DNA of 64,000 bases from Stylophora pistillata (Eukaryota). Location: the NCBI RefSeq assembly GCF_002571385.2, contig NW_019218225.1, positions 52,384 to 116,383 of the forward strand. The letters are read 5' to 3'. Below the pieces are notes generated by a model. The model had not been told where the DNA came from, made no database searches, and saw only the letters and a program-made list of their open reading frames with translations. This document shows positions 1 through 10,961 of this stretch, piece after piece (position 1 is the first letter of the stretch; every line of letters begins with the position of its first letter). A program made the translations under genes and the position numbers.

Positions 1-67
1 TTCATTGTATCTCATTTATCACTTTCACGGGTTTATTACGAATCAACTTAACGGCCTGCTCCCAGTT

Positions 68-140
68 GGCTTGTTAGCTCAATTGGTAGAGCGCTGCACT
101 AGTATCGTAGAGGTCAGTGGTTCGAGTCCCGTACAGGCCT
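68..140 (+). repeat. tRNA-like head of an interspersed repeat (tRNA-derived, pseudo-tRNA)
   Basis: GGCTTGT...ACAGGCC acceptor-like stem, A-box TAGCTCAATTGG and B-box GGTTCGAGTCC. The anticodon stem is poorly paired. It is followed by the hairpin CAGGCCTGA..TCAGGTCTG and lies in an intron of the minus-strand gene. Confidence 0.65.
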
Positions 141-311
141 GATTCTTTTTTCAGGTCTGATTTTCGCTATTGCATAAATAGCGCTATCTACTGCGAGGAT
201 CGTACATCATACGTATTCTTCACATTATATCTACAACTCGCTCTTACGCATGCGCGCAATTTACGAGTTAAAAAGGATGAAGTAAAAAATGAAATGTTCA
301 TTTAAGCTTAC

Positions 312-2232
312 ATTTTTTCCAAACTCTCCTTTTCTTTCTTCATTTCATCTTTCAGGATAGCAATTCTGAAGAAAATAAGCAAAAGATATTTTCTCATGTT
401 GTTGACCACTTTTGAGGCCGTGCAGGCATGTACCAACAAAAAGAAATAAACTGAATTGTGCAAAAAAAAAAAAAAAAGAAAGAAACTGAATTTAGTGTCA
501 AGAGCCTGTTTTTCGTTGTTTGTTTTATCATTATCAAATAAAAGCACTTTGTCACGCAGCTGTTAAAATTATGCCAATCTCTGCATGATTTCTAATTTCA
601 GATCTAGTAATCCATCAATGCATTCTGTTTTTCTTTCCAAGTTGCGTGACGTCGCGGCTTCATATATAAAATCAAACTTGAGTTGGTTGAACGACGAAAG
701 ATACTTTTAAACGTAGCAGTAGCATTTTATAGCAACTTTTGCATCTTAAATTAACTTGCACGAGTTATCAAGATTATTCTGACTTGCATTTTAAATAGCA
801 TGCTTACCTTTCTTCTTTTTCCGCCAGTTGGTCCTTTAAATTAACCAAATCTCCATATTTTCTTTTCGCGAGAATGTCTTTCTCATATTCCCTATTAAAA
901 AAATTCTTCGCTCATTGATTCTACTTTTTTTTTCATTTGCTTTCAGACTCTTACCTGGTCACCACTTTCAACCTGTTTTGAATTAGATTTAATAACCGAC
1001 CTGGCAGATCTTTATTCTCATTTCGCCATACAGTGAATTACTCGTACAAATCTAACACAAAAACAGTACAAATAGCTACCAAGCACTAGAAAAGGTAATA
1101 ACATCAATCAACGTAACTATCAGAGCCTTTGTTCTTCCAAACTAATTCCTGACAAGCCTTACGGTCTGTTTCCACAACTCAAAACTAACTATACTTAGTT
1201 CAAACAGTCTGAGTAACTCACGTAAAACAGCTGGAAGAGCAATTGGGAGATCTCTACCGTAAAGGTTCAAAATAGCCAATTCGAGAAACATGCAGACTGT
1301 AACGTTTGCCAGCTTAGGGAGGCCTTGATTTCTAGTATTAAACGTGGACTGCAATTCAAGTTTTGATTTAAACTCATAAGTTATTCTTGGTTGTTCAAAT
1401 TTTATTCCGAAATTTTGCTATATTTTGGGTTTTCCGGATGCCTTTGAATGTCCATCGATGTTCTGGTTCCTCTGGCTCCTCCGATGAGTTCACAAGATGC
1501 CAGAAACTATTGTTTCTTTACCAGTTCTCCGATGACTGAGAGGAAAATTCCTATCTAAACAGTACCTGGGCCAAATTTTGAACCTAGGAAGACCCAATTT
1601 TAACATGATTACTCAGATTGAGCCGATCGCTGCCAGATGAGGCACTCGAGGCGATCCGGGCCATCATAATTATGGAAATTAAGCATAGGCACAAAGTAGA
1701 CCCCAATCGTACTCTTCTTTACCGTTGGAGACGTTAGTTTAAGTTGAGCTTGGTTTTTCGCAACGACAATCGGGGCGCTGATATGGAATCCTGTGAGGGG
1801 GCTGAAATAATCGTTAAATAGCCACCTATAGAAACTAACCTCAAACTCGACTAATTGACAGTATAAATTCTCAAACACAATATCCACAACCTCTGATGTT
1901 TTGATCACCGCAGGTTTTTGGAAACTGAATTATAGGTATCATTATTTGTCCATTGGGTTATTCTTAAATCGTGGTATCTGCAAATTTACAGTCAGAGCTT
2001 TAAAGATAAATGAGCATGAGAAACCCACATACCTGAATAAGTCAAAATTACCATTGTCATGAGGCTCCTTTGGCATATTTGTTTGCGCGGTTATTAACCT
2101 TTTGCACATTTCTGGTAACGCTGGCAAAACCTTTTGATGTTCATGGAGAACGCCAAAAAGAGACTGTAGAAATTTTAACTCACAGTCGCTCATCTCTCCT
2201 GAATCCTCAAACTCACTTTGTGTGGCTGACAT
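312..2232 (-). CDS. Coiled-coil protein, 5' part only (continues off the left edge); probable paralog of the MIEAP-like gene at 25842-32293
   Basis: Exons 2232-2033, 972-955, 891-808 and 365-312 all have GT-AG boundaries and phase-2 junctions. They join into one open frame: MSATQSEFEDSGEMSDCELKFLQSLFG...LPEMCKRL...DLFR-LKVVTR-EYEKDILAKRKYGDLVNLKDQLAEKEER-IAILKDEMKKEKESLEK. The gene is divergent from HSPA12 copy 1. Confidence 0.7.
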
Positions 2233-2813
2233 TTTCCGTATTTCACTGATGAAATAATCTTATTCGCACTCGTAAGTTGGTCATAAACCAAAGACAGACA
2301 ATTGTACACAACTGAAAGGCTCGTAATATTTGATTTATGATTCCGGGAAAAAGCGGAAATATGTCACGTGGTATGGTTTTGATTAGCAAAAGTAGGTCAA
2401 ATAAACAACCCGCGACCTTTCAGTTTCTGAGAAAATTATTTGCATAATTACTACTGGTCTGTCGATGATTAAGCAGAAATATTTCCACTCACCGAATTGT
2501 AACTTGCTAATCATTGGGAATTTTGATATTCACCAACATTGATTCACGATGACTAGACTCTGTAGCGGTTAAAGCACTCGATCACAACAGATGTTTGCCT
2601 AGTTGACAAAATTTATGAAGAGACATGACGTCATCTTTCCGAGAAAGAGTAAAAATACACGGCAAAGAGATTTGAACTTTCGGTTTCCGGGAATTAAGCA
2701 AAAGAAAGATTTCACCAAGCTGATGCCGCATTCTTTTCACTGATTTTGAGGTATTAGTCTAAATATACACATTTTTGAAGAAATCGAAACACGACTCACA
2801 ATCAGGATCTAGT
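2233..2813. promoter_or_regulatory. Putative bidirectional promoter A with STAT/GAS, ETS, IRF and CRE motifs
   Basis: GAS TTCN3GAA at 2341, 2425, 2637 and 2685. ETS-like GCGGAAAT plus TGTCACGTG at 2353-2370. CRE TGACGTCA at 2626. ISRE-like ACTTTCGGTTTC at 2676-2687 overlaps the last GAS. GAAATCGAAAC at 2780. Confidence 0.6.
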
Positions 2814-5800
2814 ATGGAACAAAGTTTTGATGGTAAGTTAGTGATATTTTAAATACCAGTGAAAAGCGAAGCTTGTTATCCATTTGAAAATCTCCATCAA
2901 TATCATTTCCTTTCATGCTAAGTCGATGTTATTCAGAGTGTTAAGTTTCTCATATGGCTGTAAATCGTTTTAAGTTCTTATTTAAGCTCCCAGAACCAAA
3001 ACTACCCAATCTTTCATTGTAACTAATAACAACACTTGCCGGAATTAAACAGGAGGTCTTCGCCACCGAAGGCTGAATTTTTTTGTTCTGCTTTTCTTTT
3101 AAGACATGCGGGAGGATGGCGATCTGTTTCTTTCTCAAAGCACGACATACATTGGAATAGTTGCAATCGACTTTGGCACAACCTTCAGTGGTTTTGCATT
3201 CGCCTTCAACTACAAAGAAGGCGAGAAAGGTATCCATATGAACAAAGAATGGGGAGCGGATCAAGGGTGTCCTACACTCAAGACACCAACCTGCCTTTTG
3301 CTTAATCCAGACAAGAGTTTCAATTCGTTTGGCTATGAAGCACAAGACAGGTTTGCTGAGTTAGAAGAAGAGGAAGCAAGGGAGTACTATTATTTTGAGA
3401 GGTTCAAGATGACTCTTCATCACAACGAGGTAAGTTTATCGACCTTTGGCTCCGAAATGATCATAGTCAATCATAACTACTGAACTATGACTAAATGTTT
3501 CAAGAAGTGAGCTTTTTTACAAGAGCAGGTAACCGTCAACAACAATAACATTGATACAATTTATTTCATCATTTTCGTGGTTCTTCCCACAACAGTGAAG
3601 CCAACTGATAGAGGCTTAAATGGACTTTGGTCAGCAAAGGAATAATAAAAGACAGTCTGTGACTACATGTGCCTTCTGTTGTATTACGGTTGTAGAATAT
3701 CGCAGTAAAAAAAGCAACGTGGTTGAAAATTTCTTTTGAATTGACATTCTTCCTCAAAGGACGTATTATTTTTGCTCAGGGAAAACACGTACGTTTGAAA
3801 GCATTTGACGACATAGCTTTTACGTTCAAATCGATAACGATATCGAAATGCAAAGATGAAACCCTGAAAAAATCATCGAACTATACTTGAAAAAAAAGAA
3901 AAATGAATCTGAAGAAATCTGATCAAATTCGTTCGACGATGAACTCAGGACGAGTCACGATGGTCCGCCATTTTGAAAGCCGCGAGGGGCTTGGGGAAAG
4001 TTTCTGGACTTACACAACATCTAAACATTAGTAGGTACAAAAAGAGAAATATTTACATATGAGAAAAAATAAGACTAAAAAGTAAACTGCAAGCACAATA
4101 TATGGTAAGAAAACTTAATTTAAAACCGTAAAACAAATTATTTAGTCCACTGAGTATAAACAAAGTAACAAGCAAGACGATAACAAAGAAATGATAATGC
4201 TAATTATCACATTAATATGAAAATAAGTGAAATGTTCGCAGCGCAAAGTAATCATACTCATAGGTTTGAGATAATTTCGGTTGTGGCTTCAAAGACACAT
4301 AGAGGATGACTCGTGGTTCTTTTTAAAGTTATTGATTGTCAGGCCGTTACGTATGAGCAGAGGTACATCGCAGTTCCAGATAGAGGGAAGCTTGATAAGG
4401 AATTTTAAATTGATACCTATGATAAGTTTTAAGTCTTCTTTCTCCTGGATATTTCTGTATAAAGTCATTCATTAATGTATTTTTTAGGCCGGTTGGTTTA
4501 TAACAGTTGTTCCTTACAAATTCTAAAATATCGATTGTTTTGGAACAGCAATTAAACTTCAACAGCACTCTGGAGGCCAGCAATGGGAGAAACATGAAGG
4601 CTCTGGAAATCTTTTCGCATTCAATACATTACCTCCACACAAGGGCTCTTGAAGTTATTAGAGAGAGGACTGGTGATGAACATTTTACATCCCGTGACAT
4701 TCAGTGGGTCTTGACAGTCCCGGCAATCTGGAAGCCAGCTGCGAAACAGTTTATGAGAGAAGCAGCTTATCAGGTAGGCAGTCCTCGAGGTATCTTACTC
4801 AGTTTTATTTTTAAAACAAAATATAATCTGAATAAAATAAAAATGCTTTCTCTTTGGCCATCGTAGCTTGATAAGAAATAGCACACAAACCGCAGTTACA
4901 AACATGACAGTAAAACGCATGTTGGAAAATAAGATTAGTAAACTTTACTTGACGTTTCGTATGTTTCGACAAACATCTTCAGAAGTGACAGTTAAAAATA
5001 CACGTGGCGACTGAGTTTAAATTTAAGATGAGTAACTAATTAACATAACAATGAACAAAAGAAAAAAAATTTTCATATACAAAGATGCAAACTAATACAG
5101 ATAAAGCTTATCACTGCTGACATTATCGTTTAGAGTAGCTGTAAGCTCTTGAATTAATAGTCTCTTTTATCTTGCAATGAATAAAATCTTGCAATGAATA
5201 AAATAACATGTGTTTTCCTTTTGTCATGATATAAGATCTCTTTTACATCATCAAAAATTCAAAACTCCAGTTGTGAAAATTTGCAACCATATACAATGAA
5301 TCATTTTTTCAAAGAAAATTTCTGTTACTTCATCTTGTAACAACCTTTCTCTTCTCCAATTTGCATAAATGAATATCTACAAAGTGTGGTCTCAATTTGA
5401 CGCTAAATATGCACAGATATTTTCCCCGGAGATTACCTGGTCCGATAATCGAACAGTTTTCCAAGAGCGAAGCTCCAGGAAAAGTGTAAGTTATGGGGTC
5501 CAAGGCCAAAGATCTGTGCAAATTTTCGCACCAGGCTTGCGTGTTAACTATCCTTTAAAGTACATATGACACGAAATTTTTTGTCTTGTTTCTTGTAGTT
5601 GGATATCTACATAAAACGTTTCGAAGCTTTAAAAGGGCTGGAAAATGTAAAAAGTATTTTTTTTGCTTTCAAAATACGCGCAATTTGCCTTCAAATTTGT
5701 CCCGGAGACTGGAACCTAGTTTATCGCCGTCTAAGTTATTCGTAACGTCACATTGTGTACCTTTGCCGCGAAGGTCTGTTGTCGCTAAGAGGATTCTGCA

Positions 5801-8667
5801 GTACTTCGTAGTAGATATATAGTGTATTGAAAGGCAAAGATGTCCAGTAATTCTAATGGTTCCTTTGAGTCCGACTCTTCTGAAAGTTCCATTGACTTCG
5901 AAGAATTCTGCGCACACAATGTGACGTCACGTTACGATATCATGTGCGATTTTGGCCGCGCGATGATCGGAACAAATTTGAAGGCAAATTGCGCGTATTT
6001 GGAAAGCGAAAAAAATGATTTTTAAATTATGCAGCGTTTCTAAGGCTTCGAAACGTTTTCTATAGATATCCAACTACAAGAAACAAGACAAAAAAATTTC
6101 GTGTCCTATGCACTTTAAATATTTTTTGACGAGCTGTGCGAAATGTTTACGAAGGGCTTCTTGTTACCGTAAAGGATGTTCACTTTCACTGTTCTCGAAA
6201 TTTTAGTGCAATTGGATACAAAAGTATAACAATAGCCGTTAAAATGTATGTCTATTTCTTTTTTATAGTTTTCAACTTTCAAAGTCTGAAGTAATGTTTG
6301 ATCTGAGGTGGCTCGTTCATCACCTTTGAGATGAAAAAAGAGAAGGCGCACATATATAGTTATATGTTTAATGTATTTTTCACCAGGCAGGTGTAGGCTC
6401 TCATTCTAACCCAGAGCAGGTAGTAATTGCCTTGGAGCCGGAGGCTGCTTCCGTTTACTGCAGAGAACGAAAGATGAGGGACTTTGTTTCAGAGAGTGGG
6501 AGCAACGAAGCGTCAGTGTCTGATACTATCGCCCACACTGATGTGAAGTACGTGGTTGTAGACATTGGAGGTGAATACCTAAACAATATGTAAGAAATAT
6601 ACAAAGGGAACAGGTTTAAAGAAAATATCGTCTGAAAATAATTTTAAACAACTGCGCAAGTTATCAATAGAAAACAGCTCACAAAATTGGTCTCAAGCAT
6701 CGGTTGACAAAAATTATATCCCTTGGAAAGCAGAATTTCCGCTATTGTTTATAATTAAGGACCATCACTGATTTGGGAATGAAGCTGAGTTTTCCCAAAG
6801 TTATGAAACACCGCGTAAAACGGCGTGATGAAAACGAAAGAAAAATTACCGCGGGAAATATTATAAACAATTATTGGATTCGGTTTTTGTGATATCCGGA
6901 ATAATCGGCTGGTAATATTAACCGAGACCTTTATTATTCCGGATATCACAAAAACCGAATCCAATAATTGTTTTATCATACATTGTTTTAAAGAAAATAA
7001 CGCTAAACGCATTATCGCAGCGAACGCAGTTTATTTTCGAACACTTAAAAGTGTACAACTGTGTGGTAAACAAATTTTCACTTAGGCCAACTCCTTTTTG
7101 TCGTGTGGCTCCTGGATATTTTTCTCTTTAAGGTATTCGTAGAACAGTTCCTTCGCCACTTTTGTCTATCTTTTAGTATTTTCCGAATCTTTATCTTCAA
7201 GTAATTTCTCAATTTCTCGCTGGGTCGATGAAGCGAATAGAGAAGCCATTCTTACTTCACTGTCCTTGAACTTGACATTGCTCCACCGGATATCATGCAT
7301 TGCGCGCACAACCTACAGATTATTCACTAATCTGTAGGTACAGATTAGTGAATAATCTGTAGGTTGCGCAGTTTCCCAGAACTAACTGTGGGCGTTTAGC
7401 CAATGAGAAGAAAGATGGTGACCACAATGTATAATAATTATTTTAATTTCATTGTTTTAGTTCGTTAGGTGGAGCTATCTCACTCTTCCCCTCACCACCA
7501 CCACCCCCCCCTCTCCTCCCTCTTTATGCATCCTTCAAGAATTTCCCCCTTGTTATCCTTACTAGTTTCTTATTAGTATTTATATTTCTAGGAGGAACCA
7601 TGGATGTCACAGTACATCAAATTCAAATGAACGGGACGATCAGAGAGCTTCACAAAGCAACCGGAGGTCCTCACGGTGGAGACAAAGTTAATGAACAATT
7701 CAGGGCCCTTTTGGAGTCGATTTTTAGTGAAAAATTTATTAAGAAATATTCCCAAAATAATCCCGTTGATTGGCTTTGTCTCATGAATGATTTCGAAGTA
7801 AAGAAACGTGGAAAACGAGCCTGTGAAGGAGGCACAACGAGAATTCGGTTGCCAGCAAGTTTTGTGAGTAAATTTTCCAGTGATAAAGGCTGGGATATTA
7901 ATTCAGTTATCGAACAACGTTACAGCTCGTCGGAAATCAAAGTTCAGCGGAACGAATTTCTCTGCCTTGACCCACAAATTATGAGACAACTATTCGAGCC
8001 CGTCCTCAATGGAATTATCACTCACCTCTCCAACCTGTTCGCAAGAGAGGAATTGTCTGAAGTTAAATTTGTCTTCCTTGTTGGTGGATTTGCTGATTCG
8101 CCGCTGCTCCAGGAGAGGGTCAAGAAGCATTTCTACAAAAGCTATCAAATTATGGTACCGCAGAACGCATCTCTTGCTGTTGTCCAAGGTGCGGTGATGT
8201 TTGGGCAAAAACCACACATATTTGAATCCAGAATAATGACTTCGACTTACGGCATCCGTATACACAGATTGTTCCTTGACGGGCTGCACCCTGAATCAAA
8301 GAAGGAGATCGTTAACGGAATCCCACGCTGTAAAGATGTCTTCTTCAAGTTTGTCAAAGTCAACGAAGTCGTCAAAGTTGGAGAAAGACGTAGATTCGCA
8401 GGCTTTGCTCCTTTGACAGGGACGGAAAAGCAAATCAAAATTGATTTCTATCAATCGGATCGAGCCGATGCGGAGTTTGTTACAGATTCCGGCGTGGAAA
8501 AGACACCTGGCAGAGGATTGGTGCTCGAGACGCCCGAAGCTTGGAAAACTAAAGACATCGAGATCAATTTGTATTTTGGTGGAACGGAAATGAAGGTCAC
8601 AGTGGTAAACCTCACGAGTAATAGACAATCAACAGTCTGCCTAGACTTTTTGGCAATCAATCAGTAA
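2814..8667 (+). CDS. HSPA12: Heat shock 70 kDa protein 12-like (atypical Hsp70), copy 1, ~609 aa
   Basis: Exons 2814-2832, 3104-3429, 4549-4773, 6387-6570 and 7592-8667 (GT-AG, phases 1,0,0,1). Motifs VAIDFGTTFSG, KTPTCLL, WVLTVPAIW, ALEPEAA, DIGGGTMD, LVGGFADS and YFGGTE. The protein ends in LDF-type residues with no EEVD. Confidence 0.93.
4900..5205 (-). mobile_element. Penelope-like element 3' remnant
   Basis: The minus strand encodes a frameshifted GIY-YIG C-terminus (HCKIKET..IQELTATLNDNVSSDKL). A hammerhead-like CTGAAGA...GAAACGTC lies at ~4950-4985. Confidence 0.55.
5559..6114. mobile_element. Non-autonomous DNA transposon, Kolobok-like
   Basis: TTAA flanks at 5555-5558 and 6115-6118, AG...CT termini, and ~140-bp imperfect TIRs. 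Located in intron 3 of HSPA12 copy 1. Confidence 0.8.
6864..7437. repeat. Hairpin-headed interspersed repeat
   Basis: Inverted repeat AAACAATTATTGGATTCGGTTTTTGTGATATCCGGAATAA at 6865-6903 versus 6933-6973. A second palindrome lies at 7308-7366, and a CCAAT-containing end follows. Confidence 0.6.
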
Positions 8668-9559
8668 TTGATGGATATCTTTGAGCATTTCAAAGTATTC
8701 CGAGAGTTAAAACTTACAAGGTTTTTTTTCTTTACTTCATGTTTATTCAGTTTAGTTTTGGCTGAGAATTTCGAAGTTGACCTCTGTAAAGAGATGTCTA
8801 AATCAAGTTGCCCAAATTGACAATTTACATTCTTCTTGCAAGTCTTGCAAGTTTGAAATTTATTGCATTTGGCACCCCCATAATTGGTGAGCGGATTTCT
8901 CTTCATCAGATGCAACCCATATTCGCCGAACTTACTTGACAAACTATGTCAAAACTTCTCCTAACTGCACTAAATTTAAAAGAAGTGTTTCAACAATTTA
9001 TATTCAAAAATGTTTTACAGACTCGGCCGGTGGTCTCCCTTTCAATTACTTATTCCCTTTTGTAGCTAATTTTTAAAGACTGACGCTGTCATCCTCTTTT
9101 CGAAGCAAAATGGAGTTCGAAGAGCGGCTACTATTCAAACGACAGCTTAAAGTAAATATACCCTGAAGAACTCCATGTTGATAATTTGGAGTTTGGTCGG
9201 CCGTCAACTTAGTGACAGAACCTCTAAAAACTGATTGCTAAATCACTTGGATCCAATACTAGTTTACATTATTTCGTGCGGGAGAGAATCCTGCTGTAAC
9301 AATGATATTGTAAAAGATATAGAAAATGAATGAAAATCATTGTTAACTCTTTCAAACATGGCTGAGGACTGCTAATAGAGAGGCAACGTTACATAACGTA
9401 CTTCAGACTCATATTTATATCCATTGTATGTTGTAGAAACGCTTCAAATACAATCTGAAGTTTGTAAACTCAGAGTAGGATAAGCTGAAGATAATTTCAT
9501 AAAGGTGCTATATGGCCTTTTGAAAAAGGAGAAAACGGTGGGGATCTTAAAATCAGAAG

Positions 9560-10150
9560 TCTTAAAGCCAGGGGTTCTTACAATCAGGGGTCTTACATTC
9601 AGGGGTTCATATCAGTGTGTTTTATATGGATTGATGTGCCCAGATGTTGATATTGATCGTTGCTCCTTACGTTCAGAGGTTTATATCAGTTTGTCTTACA
9701 CGAAGGGGCTGTGCCCAGATGTTGATATTATTCGCCGTTTCTTACAAACATGGGTTTTAATCAATGTGACTTACATGACGGGCTGTAGCCAGATGTTGCT
9801 ACAAATCTTAGTATCTTACGGTTAGGGGTCTGTGTTGATCGTAACTCTTTACATACAGTGCGTATTCTGTGCCCAGATGTTGATATTGAACTTAAAATGT
9901 CACATCCCTGTTAAACCTGTGCCCAGTTGTTTATTGCGATGGTAAAATGTTACATCTGGGGGTCTGCGCGCAGATGTTGATATCGATCGTCGATCGTGAA
10001 GGTCAGAACCGTACCTGACACCCAGGGGTTTTATATTTGTACCTCTATATTGTCGCTTTGTAACGATGATGATTTACATACGGGGGTTTTTCATAAAATG
10101 TCATGGTAGTTTTATATAAGGGTCTGTTCCCAGCTATTGATAATGATCCC
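9560..10150 (+). repeat. Degenerate minisatellite, core TGTGCCCAGATGTTGATAT
   Basis: The core recurs at about 9635, 9710, 9785, 9868, 9918, 9965 and 10124 with variable spacers. Confidence 0.7.
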
Positions 10151-10559
10151 GGTTATCTAAGCTTTGCCACCAAAGAGAAGGTGACAAATAGGACTACTAG
10201 GTTCACTAGAAAATAACAGACCATTATTTATTCAGCATCAGTTGACTAAGCTGGAGGTTTTTCTGTGAGCATCTTGAAGGAAGAAGTGAATGAAGAGTGA
10301 TAAAGTCGACTGTGTGTTATGGCGTTAAGACTTTCGTGACCTTTGATCACGCGCTCAACTACAAACCTTTTCCACTAATTATGAAACGCGCATCGCTTAC
10401 ACTCTGTAGATCTCTTTAATTACGAGAAACAGTTCTGACCATTCAGACTTCAATGTAAATTCAATTAATTCTATAATAAACAATATGAGGAGAGTACTTT
10501 TACAAGTCAGAAACCTATTTAAAGAATATTTAAGCTGCGAGTTGCAAGTTTTCTCTGCA

Positions 10560-10961
10560 TGAAACCGGAAGTTGGAAGTAATTCGAATAAGTTCTCATAC
10601 CTCTTAGAAACGTGCTTGCATGATGTGAAGTAAACAGCATACGGGAAACTTTCGTTACCAATCAATGAAGAGTGACGACTGTTATTTTCACTTGGGCTCA
10701 AATGCTTTTCTGAGAAATCGGGGAAACTTACGTCAACTTGACCCTAAACTGCATTAGCCAATAAGAGACGTTTTTCAATTTTAAGATCAAGGTTTCTCTT
10801 TCTGAGAAACAGCTCCCTGTCGTAGGGAAATTTCCTTTAGCAAGCTTAACACTTTCTGTTGAAAGGGATATTTTCAAAGATTTTCGTTCAGATTACGAAA
10901 GAGGCGACAAAAACGTTTTATACGCACAGCGACTTTGAGAACGAAGAGTGAAGCAACCTAG
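10560..10961 (+). promoter_or_regulatory. Putative promoter of HSPA12 copy 2 with ETS, GAS, ISRE and NF-kB motifs
   Basis: ACCGGAAGT at 10564. TTCTGAGAA at 10708 and 10800. GGTTTCTCTTTC at 10791-10802 overlaps the second GAS. TTACGTCA at 10728. GGGAAATTTCC at 10825-10835. Confidence 0.55.

Noticed and set aside
68-140. Functional tRNA-Thr(AGT) gene
   Set aside because: The anticodon stem is mispaired and the sequence is embedded in repeat-like flanks, so a tRNA-derived repeat is more likely.
1142-1908. Minus-strand ORFs or extra exons in intron 1 of the left-edge gene
   Set aside because: I found no phase-compatible stop-free exon and no recognisable motifs.
7990-8660. Antisense ORFs over HSPA12 last exons (also 19320-20105 and 37554-38163)
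   Set aside because: These are shadow ORFs of real coding exons with no independent motifs.
9560-10150. CRISPR-like array
   Set aside because: Eukaryotic context, degenerate repeats, irregular and mutually similar spacers, and no cas genes.
10390-10701. Remnant first exon of a partner gene for HSPA12 copy 2
   Set aside because: A GTAAGC donor-like site exists at ~10400, but no convincing open frame or similarity to the partner proteins was seen.
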